From a virus (Duplodnaviria; Caudoviricetes), in the IMG/VR virus record IMGVR_UViG_3300038556_000031, positions 1 to 44,429 of that record: a stretch of DNA of 44,429 bases; one strand, written 5' to 3'. The translations under genes and the position numbers were made by a program. Below, piece by piece: positions 36,519-43,142 of the stretch. How positions within the stretch are numbered: position 1 is the first letter of the stretch; every line of letters starts with the position of its first letter. The notes under the pieces were generated by a model. That model ran no database searches. It saw only the letters and a program-made list of their open reading frames with translations, and was not told the origin of the DNA.

Positions 36519-37056
36519 TTGTACGGCGGGCGTTTAATTCTGCAATAATGATTCTGGCGCGGTCACGGGCAGCCAGGGCGCGAAGTTCTGAGGCGTTGTA
36601 CGTGCCTCCCATATCGGCCCGGCGGATAGCGTCGGCGGCTTTGTCTTGGCTTGGGTATCCGATCACAAACAAGGCATTGCGTAAATAGGCTTGCAGCGTA
36701 GGGGTGCTTAACGCTTGGGCCTGCTGACGGGTAAACGCCCCTTTTGTCGGGGGCATGTGCCCCGCTGTGGTGGCTTGTAGGGGCTGTAACAGGCTCAGGA
36801 ACAAAAGCGAAAACACGGCCAGTTTGCCCAAAGCGTCGGCAGCTAGTACCCGGTTTGTCGTTACCCGGTGTTTTGGGCGGCGGGTAGAGTAGGCAACTAC
36901 GGCAATGTAGCCCAGACCTATAGAATAAAACCGTAACGAATGCAGGCTAGTACAGTAAAAGCCTACGTATTTTTTTGTTTTGCGGGCAGAAATGTTAAAC
37001 GTCAGAAACTTGTTGCGGATTTCTACCAAATAGCGGCGTAATGTGCTGAAATTCAT
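36451..37056 (-). CDS. Hypothetical protein with internal hydrophobic segment
   Basis: Leader motif at 37062-37075. Confidence 0.55.
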   Translation of the reverse strand: MNFSTLRRYLVEIRNKFLTFNISARKTKKYVGFYCTSLHSLRFYSIGLGYIAVVAYSTRRPKHRVTTNRVLAADALGKLAVFSLLFLSLLQPLQATTAGHMPPTKGAFTRQQAQALSTPTLQAYLRNALFVIGYPSQDKAADAIRRADMGGTYNASELRALAARDRARIIIAELNARRTNGNTNATAGSGTTEINRTAAGF

Positions 37057-37101
37057 TGCTTTGATTTTTAATTGGTTAAAAAATGAGTTAGTAAGACTGA
37101 T

Positions 37102-37359
37102 TTAATAAAACTTAATGCTGTATTTGCTGCCGATTCTTAAAACCGTTTGCCTGTCCCATACGTCGGCTATGTCTTGGCCGCAAGCATTGGCGGCATTTGG
37201 GCGGCCTACGCCTTCTAAAACCTGCACTAGCTTTTTCTTTAAACAAAACAGGCAATACGAGGCCGCGTGCAAGGTTGCTTTCTTGTTCTTATCCGGCGGC
37301 TCAGGGAGTAGGCGGGCTATTCTGGCCGCTTCGGACTTCTTTTGTGCTTGCTGCTTCAT
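37102..37359 (-). CDS. Small hypothetical protein (CxxC..C)
   Basis: ATG 7 nt downstream of TACATTTG element. Confidence 0.55.
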   Translation of the reverse strand: MKQQAQKKSEAARIARLLPEPPDKNKKATLHAASYCLFCLKKKLVQVLEGVGRPNAANACGQDIADVWDRQTVLRIGSKYSIKFY

Positions 37360-37360
37360 T

Positions 37361-37437
37361 GTAGAACAAATGTAATACAAAAATACATAAATGCAAACAT
37401 CTGCTATACATTTTTACAAAAAAATATAGCAGATGTT
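37361..37437 (-). promoter_or_regulatory. Promoter with inverted operator pair
   Basis: TTTG N19 TACATTTG; AACATCTGCTATA 37396 and TATAGCAGATGTT 37425. Confidence 0.8.
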
Positions 37438-37456
37438 TAAAAGTATCCTAAAAATG

Positions 37457-38344
37457 TTATTCAGCCTTCCAGATTTTGCGCCGGGATGCACCCCCAAGCC
37501 AAAGTACATTTATTGTCTCTTTCATGCGGTCGCCTAATCGTTCGTCGTTTAGGTGCTGGATTACCTGCGGGGCGGTTAGGTTGGTTGTAAAGTGAAAAGG
37601 TATGTTCTTTTCGTAGAGGCTCTTAAAAATCCGCTGCATGCTGTCGTTTTGCATTTTATAGGCCAGTTCTTTAGGTTCGGCCCCCAAGTCGTCAAAGAAC
37701 CAAGCGAATTTTTTATCTTTATGAACCAGCGAACGGCCCCAAGTGCCGTATTTTTTAACGGTTTCGGCGGGGTCTTTCTCGTATTCGAGGGCGATTTCTT
37801 CGCACGTTACAACCTTATAGGGCTTTTCTGCATTGTCGCCGAATAGCTTAATTAAACTACTCTTGCCCGTTCCCTTTTCGCCGTATAACATAATATTGCC
37901 CGCCGGGTTAAATCCTTCTTTCTGCCATAGGGGCGAATTAGTGAAGTAGCAACAAAACAGCCGGAAGATTTCATGCACTTGACTGTCTACTACAAATTGA
38001 TTCCTTAGCGTGCCATCTGCGTATAAATCCTGTGCTTTCTTGCAGGCTTTTAGCCACATTTCACGGGGCGAAAGGGGCTTTTCTTCTTTGGCCTCCGCAA
38101 TGCTGTGCAAATAGCTGTTTGCCTTCTGTAATCCGGCTTTGAGGCGGGCGGCGTCTAAACAGGCTTTTAAACGTTCCTGCGCGGTTAATTCACGCCCGGC
38201 GAACATTCTGGCCCGCTTTACCACTTGGGCGCGTTCTTCGGGCGTTAGAATGCTTATTTCGCTGGCCGTGGCCTCGGCGTCGGGCTTAGGCGAAACTACC
38301 CGGCCCGGCTGTGTTTTTGCTAATGTCGATTCTAGGCGTTGCAT
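37457..38344 (-). CDS. DnaC/IstB-like AAA+ ATPase (helicase loader)
   Basis: GEKGTGKS, FFDDLGAE, HFTTNL, RLGDRMKE, G.SRRK. Confidence 0.88.
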   Translation of the reverse strand: MQRLESTLAKTQPGRVVSPKPDAEATASEISILTPEERAQVVKRARMFAGRELTAQERLKACLDAARLKAGLQKANSYLHSIAEAKEEKPLSPREMWLKACKKAQDLYADGTLRNQFVVDSQVHEIFRLFCCYFTNSPLWQKEGFNPAGNIMLYGEKGTGKSSLIKLFGDNAEKPYKVVTCEEIALEYEKDPAETVKKYGTWGRSLVHKDKKFAWFFDDLGAEPKELAYKMQNDSMQRIFKSLYEKNIPFHFTTNLTAPQVIQHLNDERLGDRMKETINVLWLGGASRRKIWKAE

Positions 38345-38960
38345 CTTTTACAGGTCTTTGATTTTTAACTGGATTTAAAAAGCTGTCGTTTTCCCAATAT
38401 CTGCCGTTTAAAAACGTCGTCGGGTAAGGTTGGGCAAACTTCCGATCTGGCGGAAACGTATCTACATAGGCTTTTATATTGGCTTTTATAGATAGTTTGA
38501 TTTCCGGCTTTAGCTTGGCCCAAATGGCGGCGGCGGCGGGTTTCTTGCCTTCTTTGCGGTCGTAATCGTTCCAAAAATCCTCAAACGGGTAAACGTCGGC
38601 AGGCTTTTGCACTTCGGCAGGGGCTTGTATGAAAAATAGTTTCTCGTAATTCTCACCAAAAGCGTAAAAGCTGCTTGCCGTTTGCTGGTTATCCGGGTGC
38701 ATCTGTAATATTTTCAGGTCGCAAAGCCCTTTTAACCGTTTCTGTATCCCGTTTCGGGTTTGTATTCCGATAAGGGGCAGGTTTGTTACAATTTCGTCCC
38801 AGCTAACCGAATAGTAAACCGTATTTTCTAGCAGTTTCTTTGCCGGGCGTCCGGCGTGGGTGTATTCGGTCAGAAAATCAATGATTGCACAATCTACCAA
38901 GTCAAGCGGATACTTTAATTCTACTATTGTGCGCTGGTTTACCGTTATTACTTGTTTCAT
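38286..38960 (-). CDS. Phage replication initiator (N-terminal wHTH plus C-terminal helical domain)
   Basis: LDLVD.AI..YYSVSW..I..LPLIGI..I.KRL..L; FEDFWNDY..K.GKK..W.KL..YPTTFLN...WE; upstream of loader. Confidence 0.8.
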   Translation of the reverse strand: MKQVITVNQRTIVELKYPLDLVDCAIIDFLTEYTHAGRPAKKLLENTVYYSVSWDEIVTNLPLIGIQTRNGIQKRLKGLCDLKILQMHPDNQQTASSFYAFGENYEKLFFIQAPAEVQKPADVYPFEDFWNDYDRKEGKKPAAAAIWAKLKPEIKLSIKANIKAYVDTFPPDRKFAQPYPTTFLNGRYWENDSFLNPVKNQRPVKDATPRIDISKNTAGPGSFA

Positions 38961-39166
38961 CTGGCAAGGGCTTTTTTGCGGTGTCTCGGGGTTTTGGGCA
39001 ACTGGCTATCTATAATTTCCGGCGGTATTATGTTTGCGTATTGCGCCGTCAGGGCAAGGGCCGCCCGTAGTGCTTGACTACGGGTTAATTTGGTGGCCTT
39101 TTCGATCTTTTCTAAGTTTTCCATATCCGATTCAGACAATCGGAAGGGGCAAATTTTATCTTTCAT
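38957..39166 (-). CDS. Ribbon-helix-helix (CopG-like) regulator
   Basis: ICPFRLSESDMENLEKI..TRSQALRAAL. Confidence 0.7.
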   Translation of the reverse strand: MKDKICPFRLSESDMENLEKIEKATKLTRSQALRAALALTAQYANIIPPEIIDSQLPKTPRHRKKALAR

Positions 39167-39178
39167 GGCTGCAAGGGG

Positions 39179-39571
39179 TTAAAATGGTAAATCGTCGTCG
39201 CCTTCGCCCGCTGGCGGCAAGGGTATGTTATCCGCATCATTTGCCGGGCGGTAGGCTCCCGGGTCGCCCTGTGTGTTGAGCATGGTAAATTCGGTAACTC
39301 TTATTTCCAGGCTGGCCCCCTGCTTGCCTTCGCGGGTGGTATAGGTGCGAAGCGATGGAACGCCGCAAACGTAGACTTTACCGCCTTTGTTCATGTATTT
39401 TAAGAACGTTTCGGCGTTTTTCCCGAATGCGGTACAATTAAACCAGTCGGTTACCTGCTGGCCGCGTTCTTTGGTGTTTACCGCTACGGAAAAGTTTACA
39501 AAAGATTCACCCTCTTTAGTGGCCCGTTCGTCAATGGTTCCGACGTTGCCGATAATGCTAATTTTTTTCAT
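39179..39571 (-). CDS. ssb: Single-stranded DNA-binding protein
   Basis: IIGNVG, FSVAVN, TDWFNC..FGK.AE, acidic DDDLPF tail. Confidence 0.95.
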   Translation of the reverse strand: MKKISIIGNVGTIDERATKEGESFVNFSVAVNTKERGQQVTDWFNCTAFGKNAETFLKYMNKGGKVYVCGVPSLRTYTTREGKQGASLEIRVTEFTMLNTQGDPGAYRPANDADNIPLPPAGEGDDDLPF

Positions 39572-39624
39572 CTGATTTTTAATTGGGTATTGTTAGAAAT
39601 TGATTGAGAAAGAAGGGGGCCGGG

Positions 39625-39885
39625 TTAGTCGTATTCCGGCCCGGTGTACGTAGGCTGCCGGGGCTCTACGTGCTTTTTAAAAGCCGCTTCACTCATGCGG
39701 TAACATCTAAGGCCGCGGGCATGGCTTGAACCGTCGCCCCAAAGTTTGACGCCCCGGCCTTCAAATAGTTGATTGCTGTAAACGATGTAGTCGCCGTAGT
39801 GGCCTATGCGGTATTCGATAACGGGGGCAGGGGTTACGGCCACGGGGCCAACGGGGGCGGAAGATTGTAACGGGCTGTTTTTCAT
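39625..39885 (-). CDS. Small hypothetical protein
   Basis: Start MKNSPL after variant leader 39891-39904. Confidence 0.7.
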   Translation of the reverse strand: MKNSPLQSSAPVGPVAVTPAPVIEYRIGHYGDYIVYSNQLFEGRGVKLWGDGSSHARGLRCYRMSEAAFKKHVEPRQPTYTGPEYD

Positions 39886-39890
39886 TGCTT

Positions 39891-39990
39891 TGATTCTTAA
39901 TTGGTGAATGATTATAGTACAAATGTAATACAAAATACTATATAATGCAACATCTGCTATATATTTCTTTAAAAAAATATAGCAGATGTT
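39891..39990 (-). promoter_or_regulatory. Promoter cassette with inverted operator pair
   Basis: 34-bp repeat 39900-39933; operators 39949 and 39978. Confidence 0.85.
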
Positions 39991-40016
39991 TTACGGCCGA
40001 TTTTTAACCGACTGAT

Positions 40017-40478
40017 TTACAGCGTTATAGTGATTCCCGTTTCGGCTTTCTTAATGGCGGGTTTTACCCTGTACATTTCGCCCGTTACCGGGTTTGCTTC
40101 CTCTAAATGCTGTTCGGGCTTGACTGATTGCAGAAACTTTTTACGATCTTTTACTTTTTCTTCCAGGTCTAAAAGAATCGGGTCTTTCTGATAGTCCCAG
40201 CTTGCCCCGGTTTCACATACGCGGATTTTAGCCCCGTCAAAATAAAAGTCTTTGCCTTCGGGGCCTTGCAGCCGGGCCATTTCTACGGCCTTTTGCTTTA
40301 GCTGCCCGGCAACGGTCTTTACAAACAATTCCAGCCGCTTTAAATACAGGGCCAGCGTAAGCGAATCGTTTGTTTCTAAGCTATCGGCAGCAAAGGCCAG
40401 GGCGGCGGCCTCTATGTCTTTTTTCTTTTTCAGGGTTTGGGCCTTGCCCGCCCCCTGAAAAGGTATTAAATCGGTCAT
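40017..40478 (-). CDS. Hypothetical protein coupled to ERF
   Basis: 153 aa, 1 nt after ERF stop; ETG..WDY..D..K.R.KFL..TGE pattern. Confidence 0.7.
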   Translation of the reverse strand: MTDLIPFQGAGKAQTLKKKKDIEAAALAFAADSLETNDSLTLALYLKRLELFVKTVAGQLKQKAVEMARLQGPEGKDFYFDGAKIRVCETGASWDYQKDPILLDLEEKVKDRKKFLQSVKPEQHLEEANPVTGEMYRVKPAIKKAETGITITL

Positions 40479-40479
40479 G

Positions 40480-41292
40480 CTACGCCGGGGTTTCTTCTAG
40501 CTGCTTACTTAGCCATTCCTCTTTTGCTTCATTGACGGCCTGTAAATAAGCTATGGCCGCTTGCTTGCTGGCCGTTATCTGGCCCCAACGTTCTTTTATT
40601 TCGGCCCGCAAATTGGCCGGGATGCAGTCGTTTTGCTTGGCTTCGGTGCAAACGGCCTTAATGGTTTCTACGTACTCTTTATGTTCTGAATCCAGCACGG
40701 GGGCCGGGGCTGGCGGCGGCGTTTGCTGTTGGGGCTGTTGGGCTTGTTGGGGCTTGGCTGGCTGTTGAGCCGGGCGGTTTTGCGACTGCTGGCGGTGTTG
40801 CGGTTGGGCTACGATCTCGGGCGTATGTACTTCGCTGTCCTTTTCTTCTTCGGTCGGAATCATTAAAAGCTGCATAACACTGTATTTAAAAGCCGCCGAA
40901 AGGGCTTTATTTGTGGCCTTGTCGCCCGAATCCATGCCTTCGCCTACGGTTTCATCTATGATACTTGACCCGTCGGGGGCAAAGTAGGTAAACCGGACTT
41001 TCAGCACAACGCAAAACATAACCGCCCCGTTTTTATTGGTTCTTTCGGTGCGGGTTTCGCTTAGTACGGCTTTGGTAATAAATACTTGATGCTTGGCAAA
41101 AAGCGGGTGCAAAGCGTTGTACATATCATCAATGCCGCGAAAACTGTACCCCTGCGCGGCATTTCTACGGCCTTTTTCAATGGCTTCTACTTCGGCCATA
41201 ATAGCCGGAATACGCGAATAAATCATTGGGGCAGAAAGTGCCCGGCTATCTGTAGCCGGGGTTTCTTCGGTTTCTTTCTTAATTTTAGTCAT
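40480..41292 (-). CDS. erf: ERF-family single-strand annealing recombinase
   Basis: IEKG..N..QGYSFRGIDD, DGS..GEGMDSGDKATNKALSAAFKY, IPTEE.KD. Confidence 0.9.
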   Translation of the reverse strand: MTKIKKETEETPATDSRALSAPMIYSRIPAIMAEVEAIEKGRRNAAQGYSFRGIDDMYNALHPLFAKHQVFITKAVLSETRTERTNKNGAVMFCVVLKVRFTYFAPDGSSIIDETVGEGMDSGDKATNKALSAAFKYSVMQLLMIPTEEEKDSEVHTPEIVAQPQHRQQSQNRPAQQPAKPQQAQQPQQQTPPPAPAPVLDSEHKEYVETIKAVCTEAKQNDCIPANLRAEIKERWGQITASKQAAIAYLQAVNEAKEEWLSKQLEETPA

Positions 41293-41318
41293 GTGTTTGA
41301 TTTTTAATTGGTTACAAA

Positions 41319-41570
41319 TTAATTGGTTACAAAAAAGATACTTTCCGACTGGTTAATTTGGGCGACAATGGCCCCTAACTGGCTTAGTTCGTCTTGGGCT
41401 TGCTGCCAGCGCAAAAAACGGTTTTCGATTTCTTCCGTTTCCCGGATTTCCTGCAAATGGTGTTCTAGCTGCATTTGGTTTTCACGGGCTACGTATTCGG
41501 CGTATTCGGCAGAGGCGTACACCTCATGCCAATAGTCTTCGATTTGTTCGGGCGTCATTGTAATGTACAT
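41319..41570 (-). CDS. Small acidic hypothetical protein (start 41570 or 41558)
   Basis: Glu/Gln-rich; 16-bp palindrome overlaps the start. Confidence 0.6.
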   Translation of the reverse strand: MYITMTPEQIEDYWHEVYASAEYAEYVARENQMQLEHHLQEIRETEEIENRFLRWQQAQDELSQLGAIVAQINQSESIFFVTN

Positions 41571-41599
41571 TACAAAAGTGAGAGACTAAAAAGCGGATT

Positions 41600-41881
41600 C
41601 TATAAAGAATCCATCGGGGGAATGATAAGGGCTTTTGCTGCGGCCTTGCGTTGGTTCATAAGGTCGGTATAGTGGAAAACCTTAACGCTGCCGTCGGTAA
41701 ATTCGGTAATCGCTATGAGTACAGAGGCATTTTTATTTACCGCTATTCTCATGGCCGTGTCACAAGCGGCCATACGGCGGCATGTTTTCATTACTCTTTT
41801 GCCGTCAGCGTAAAAAATAGTATTTCTTTCTGCTACGGGGTTGGCGATTGTGCCAGCGGAATTAACATTTACTAGATTCAT
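41600..41881 (-). CDS. Small hypothetical protein
   Basis: Start MNLVNV 2 nt after leader motif 41884-41897. Confidence 0.7.
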   Translation of the reverse strand: MNLVNVNSAGTIANPVAERNTIFYADGKRVMKTCRRMAACDTAMRIAVNKNASVLIAITEFTDGSVKVFHYTDLMNQRKAAAKALIIPPMDSL

Positions 41882-41883
41882 AT

Positions 41884-41959
41884 TGATTTTTAATTGGATT
41901 GGTGAATGATTATAGTACAAATGTAATACAAAAATATATACTATCAAACATCTGCTATA
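41884..41959 (-). promoter_or_regulatory. Promoter/operator cassette
   Basis: 34-bp repeat 41898-41931; TTTG N19 TACATTTG; operator 41947-41959. Confidence 0.85.
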
Positions 41960-42313
41960 CTATTTTTTAAAAAAAATCATACTCTTTTGCACATACGCTA
42001 TACATTCACTACGCCGGAAGTAGGATTTTTTACCGTTGCGGCCCTTGCTGATAGCCCCGGAGTTGACAATATTGTACACCTGCTGACGGCTGGCGACCTG
42101 CAAAACCCGCATTGCCTCGTTAATGTCTATAAATTCGTTTAACCCCTCTGTTTCTAGCCCGGCATCATTATTTTTTAAATAATTTTGCATAGGCGTGTTT
42201 ACTTTTTGGGTCAAAATTTCACGAAGGATAGAAGTTAGTTCGTGTACTTGATGCATCAAGTATGTTATTTTTTCGTCTGTTGTGGTTATTTCGGGGCTTT
42301 TCGGGGTAGGCAT
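41960..42313 (-). CDS. Excisionase/Cro-like HTH (HTH_17-type)
   Basis: FIDINEAMRVLQVASRQQVYNIVNSG.I..GKKSYFRRSE; divergent from repressor. Confidence 0.8.
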   Translation of the reverse strand: MPTPKSPEITTTDEKITYLMHQVHELTSILREILTQKVNTPMQNYLKNNDAGLETEGLNEFIDINEAMRVLQVASRQQVYNIVNSGAISKGRNGKKSYFRRSECIAYVQKSMIFFKK

Positions 42314-42591
42314 AATTTTTTAGTATTTTTTCGTAGAACATTGTATTACAAATGTATTACAAATGTTATATATAAAGCAAGCAAATGTTATACAAAAAAT
42401 ATTTGTACCTACATCGGAGTAGTCCAAATAAGCCCCTATTGTCTTTAAAGTGTAACTTTTCTTAAAATTAATCGTATCAAATATTGAAAAACTATACCAA
42501 AATTTTTATTTTCGTTAGAAAGTTTGATATACCAGCTTACAAGGACTTTTTTAACCTTTTCACGTTCTCACCAGATACAAGCTATTTAAAA
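42314..42591. promoter_or_regulatory. Immunity switch region
   Basis: AT-rich divergent gap, TGTATTACAAA x2 tandem, operator-like CAAATGTTATA at 42360 and 42382. Confidence 0.7.
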
Positions 42592-43098
42592 ATGAAAAAG
42601 CCGATCAAAAAACCGCAAATTGATTACAAACCCCTGCCCGCCGAGGTACACGACGAAACCGCCGCCAGCTTATTAACAGACAAATATAAATCCGAAGTCG
42701 AAAGACGATTACACAAGGTAATACAGGCCATTAGCGATAACCCGAAACAGTTTGCCGACGAAATAGGCACATCGCCAACGGTTATTTACAACATCATCAA
42801 CGGGCGCAACGGGGTTAGCAATGAGATTCTAAAGCGGGCAAAAGATAGATTCCCGCAAATTTCACTAGACTATATAGTTTTAGGAAAAGGCCAGATGTTT
42901 ACCGCCCCGGGCCTGAGTTTTGAAGGCGGCGGCGAACGAAAGGGCGTAAGCCAGAAAGCGACGGCCACGGCTACAGAGGAAAGCGAAAAAGTTAAGGCAC
43001 TGGAAGAAAAAGTACAATTGCAAAAACAATTGCTTGAATCCAAAGAAAACGAAATCCAGCTTTTGCGCTCCCTATTGGACAGACAGACGCCCAATTAA
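42592..43098 (+). CDS. XRE-family HTH repressor with C-terminal coiled coil
   Basis: RL..KQFADEIGTSPTVIYNIINGRN.VS..FPQISLDYIVLGKGQMF; no S24 peptidase domain; ATG 42592. Confidence 0.85.
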   Translation: MKKPIKKPQIDYKPLPAEVHDETAASLLTDKYKSEVERRLHKVIQAISDNPKQFADEIGTSPTVIYNIINGRNGVSNEILKRAKDRFPQISLDYIVLGKGQMFTAPGLSFEGGGERKGVSQKATATATEESEKVKALEEKVQLQKQLLESKENEIQLLRSLLDRQTPN

Positions 43099-43110
43099 AA
43101 ACCAAAAAGT

Positions 43111-43137
43111 AAGCCCGGTTAATAACCGGGCTTTTTT
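43111..43137. terminator. Bidirectional terminator between repressor and integrase
   Basis: AAGCCCGGTTAATAACCGGGCTTTTT. Confidence 0.8.
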
Positions 43138-43142
43138 ATGTC

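Noticed and set aside
30661-41947. Shared N-termini such as MYYIC.IIIHQL / VLHLYYNHSPI in several track ORFs, suggesting a protein family
   Set aside because: They are translations of the repeated promoter DNA; real starts lie downstream of the leader motif
43091-43104. CCAATTAAAAACCA variant of the leader motif
   Set aside because: Overlaps the repressor stop and precedes a terminator, with no downstream start; not counted
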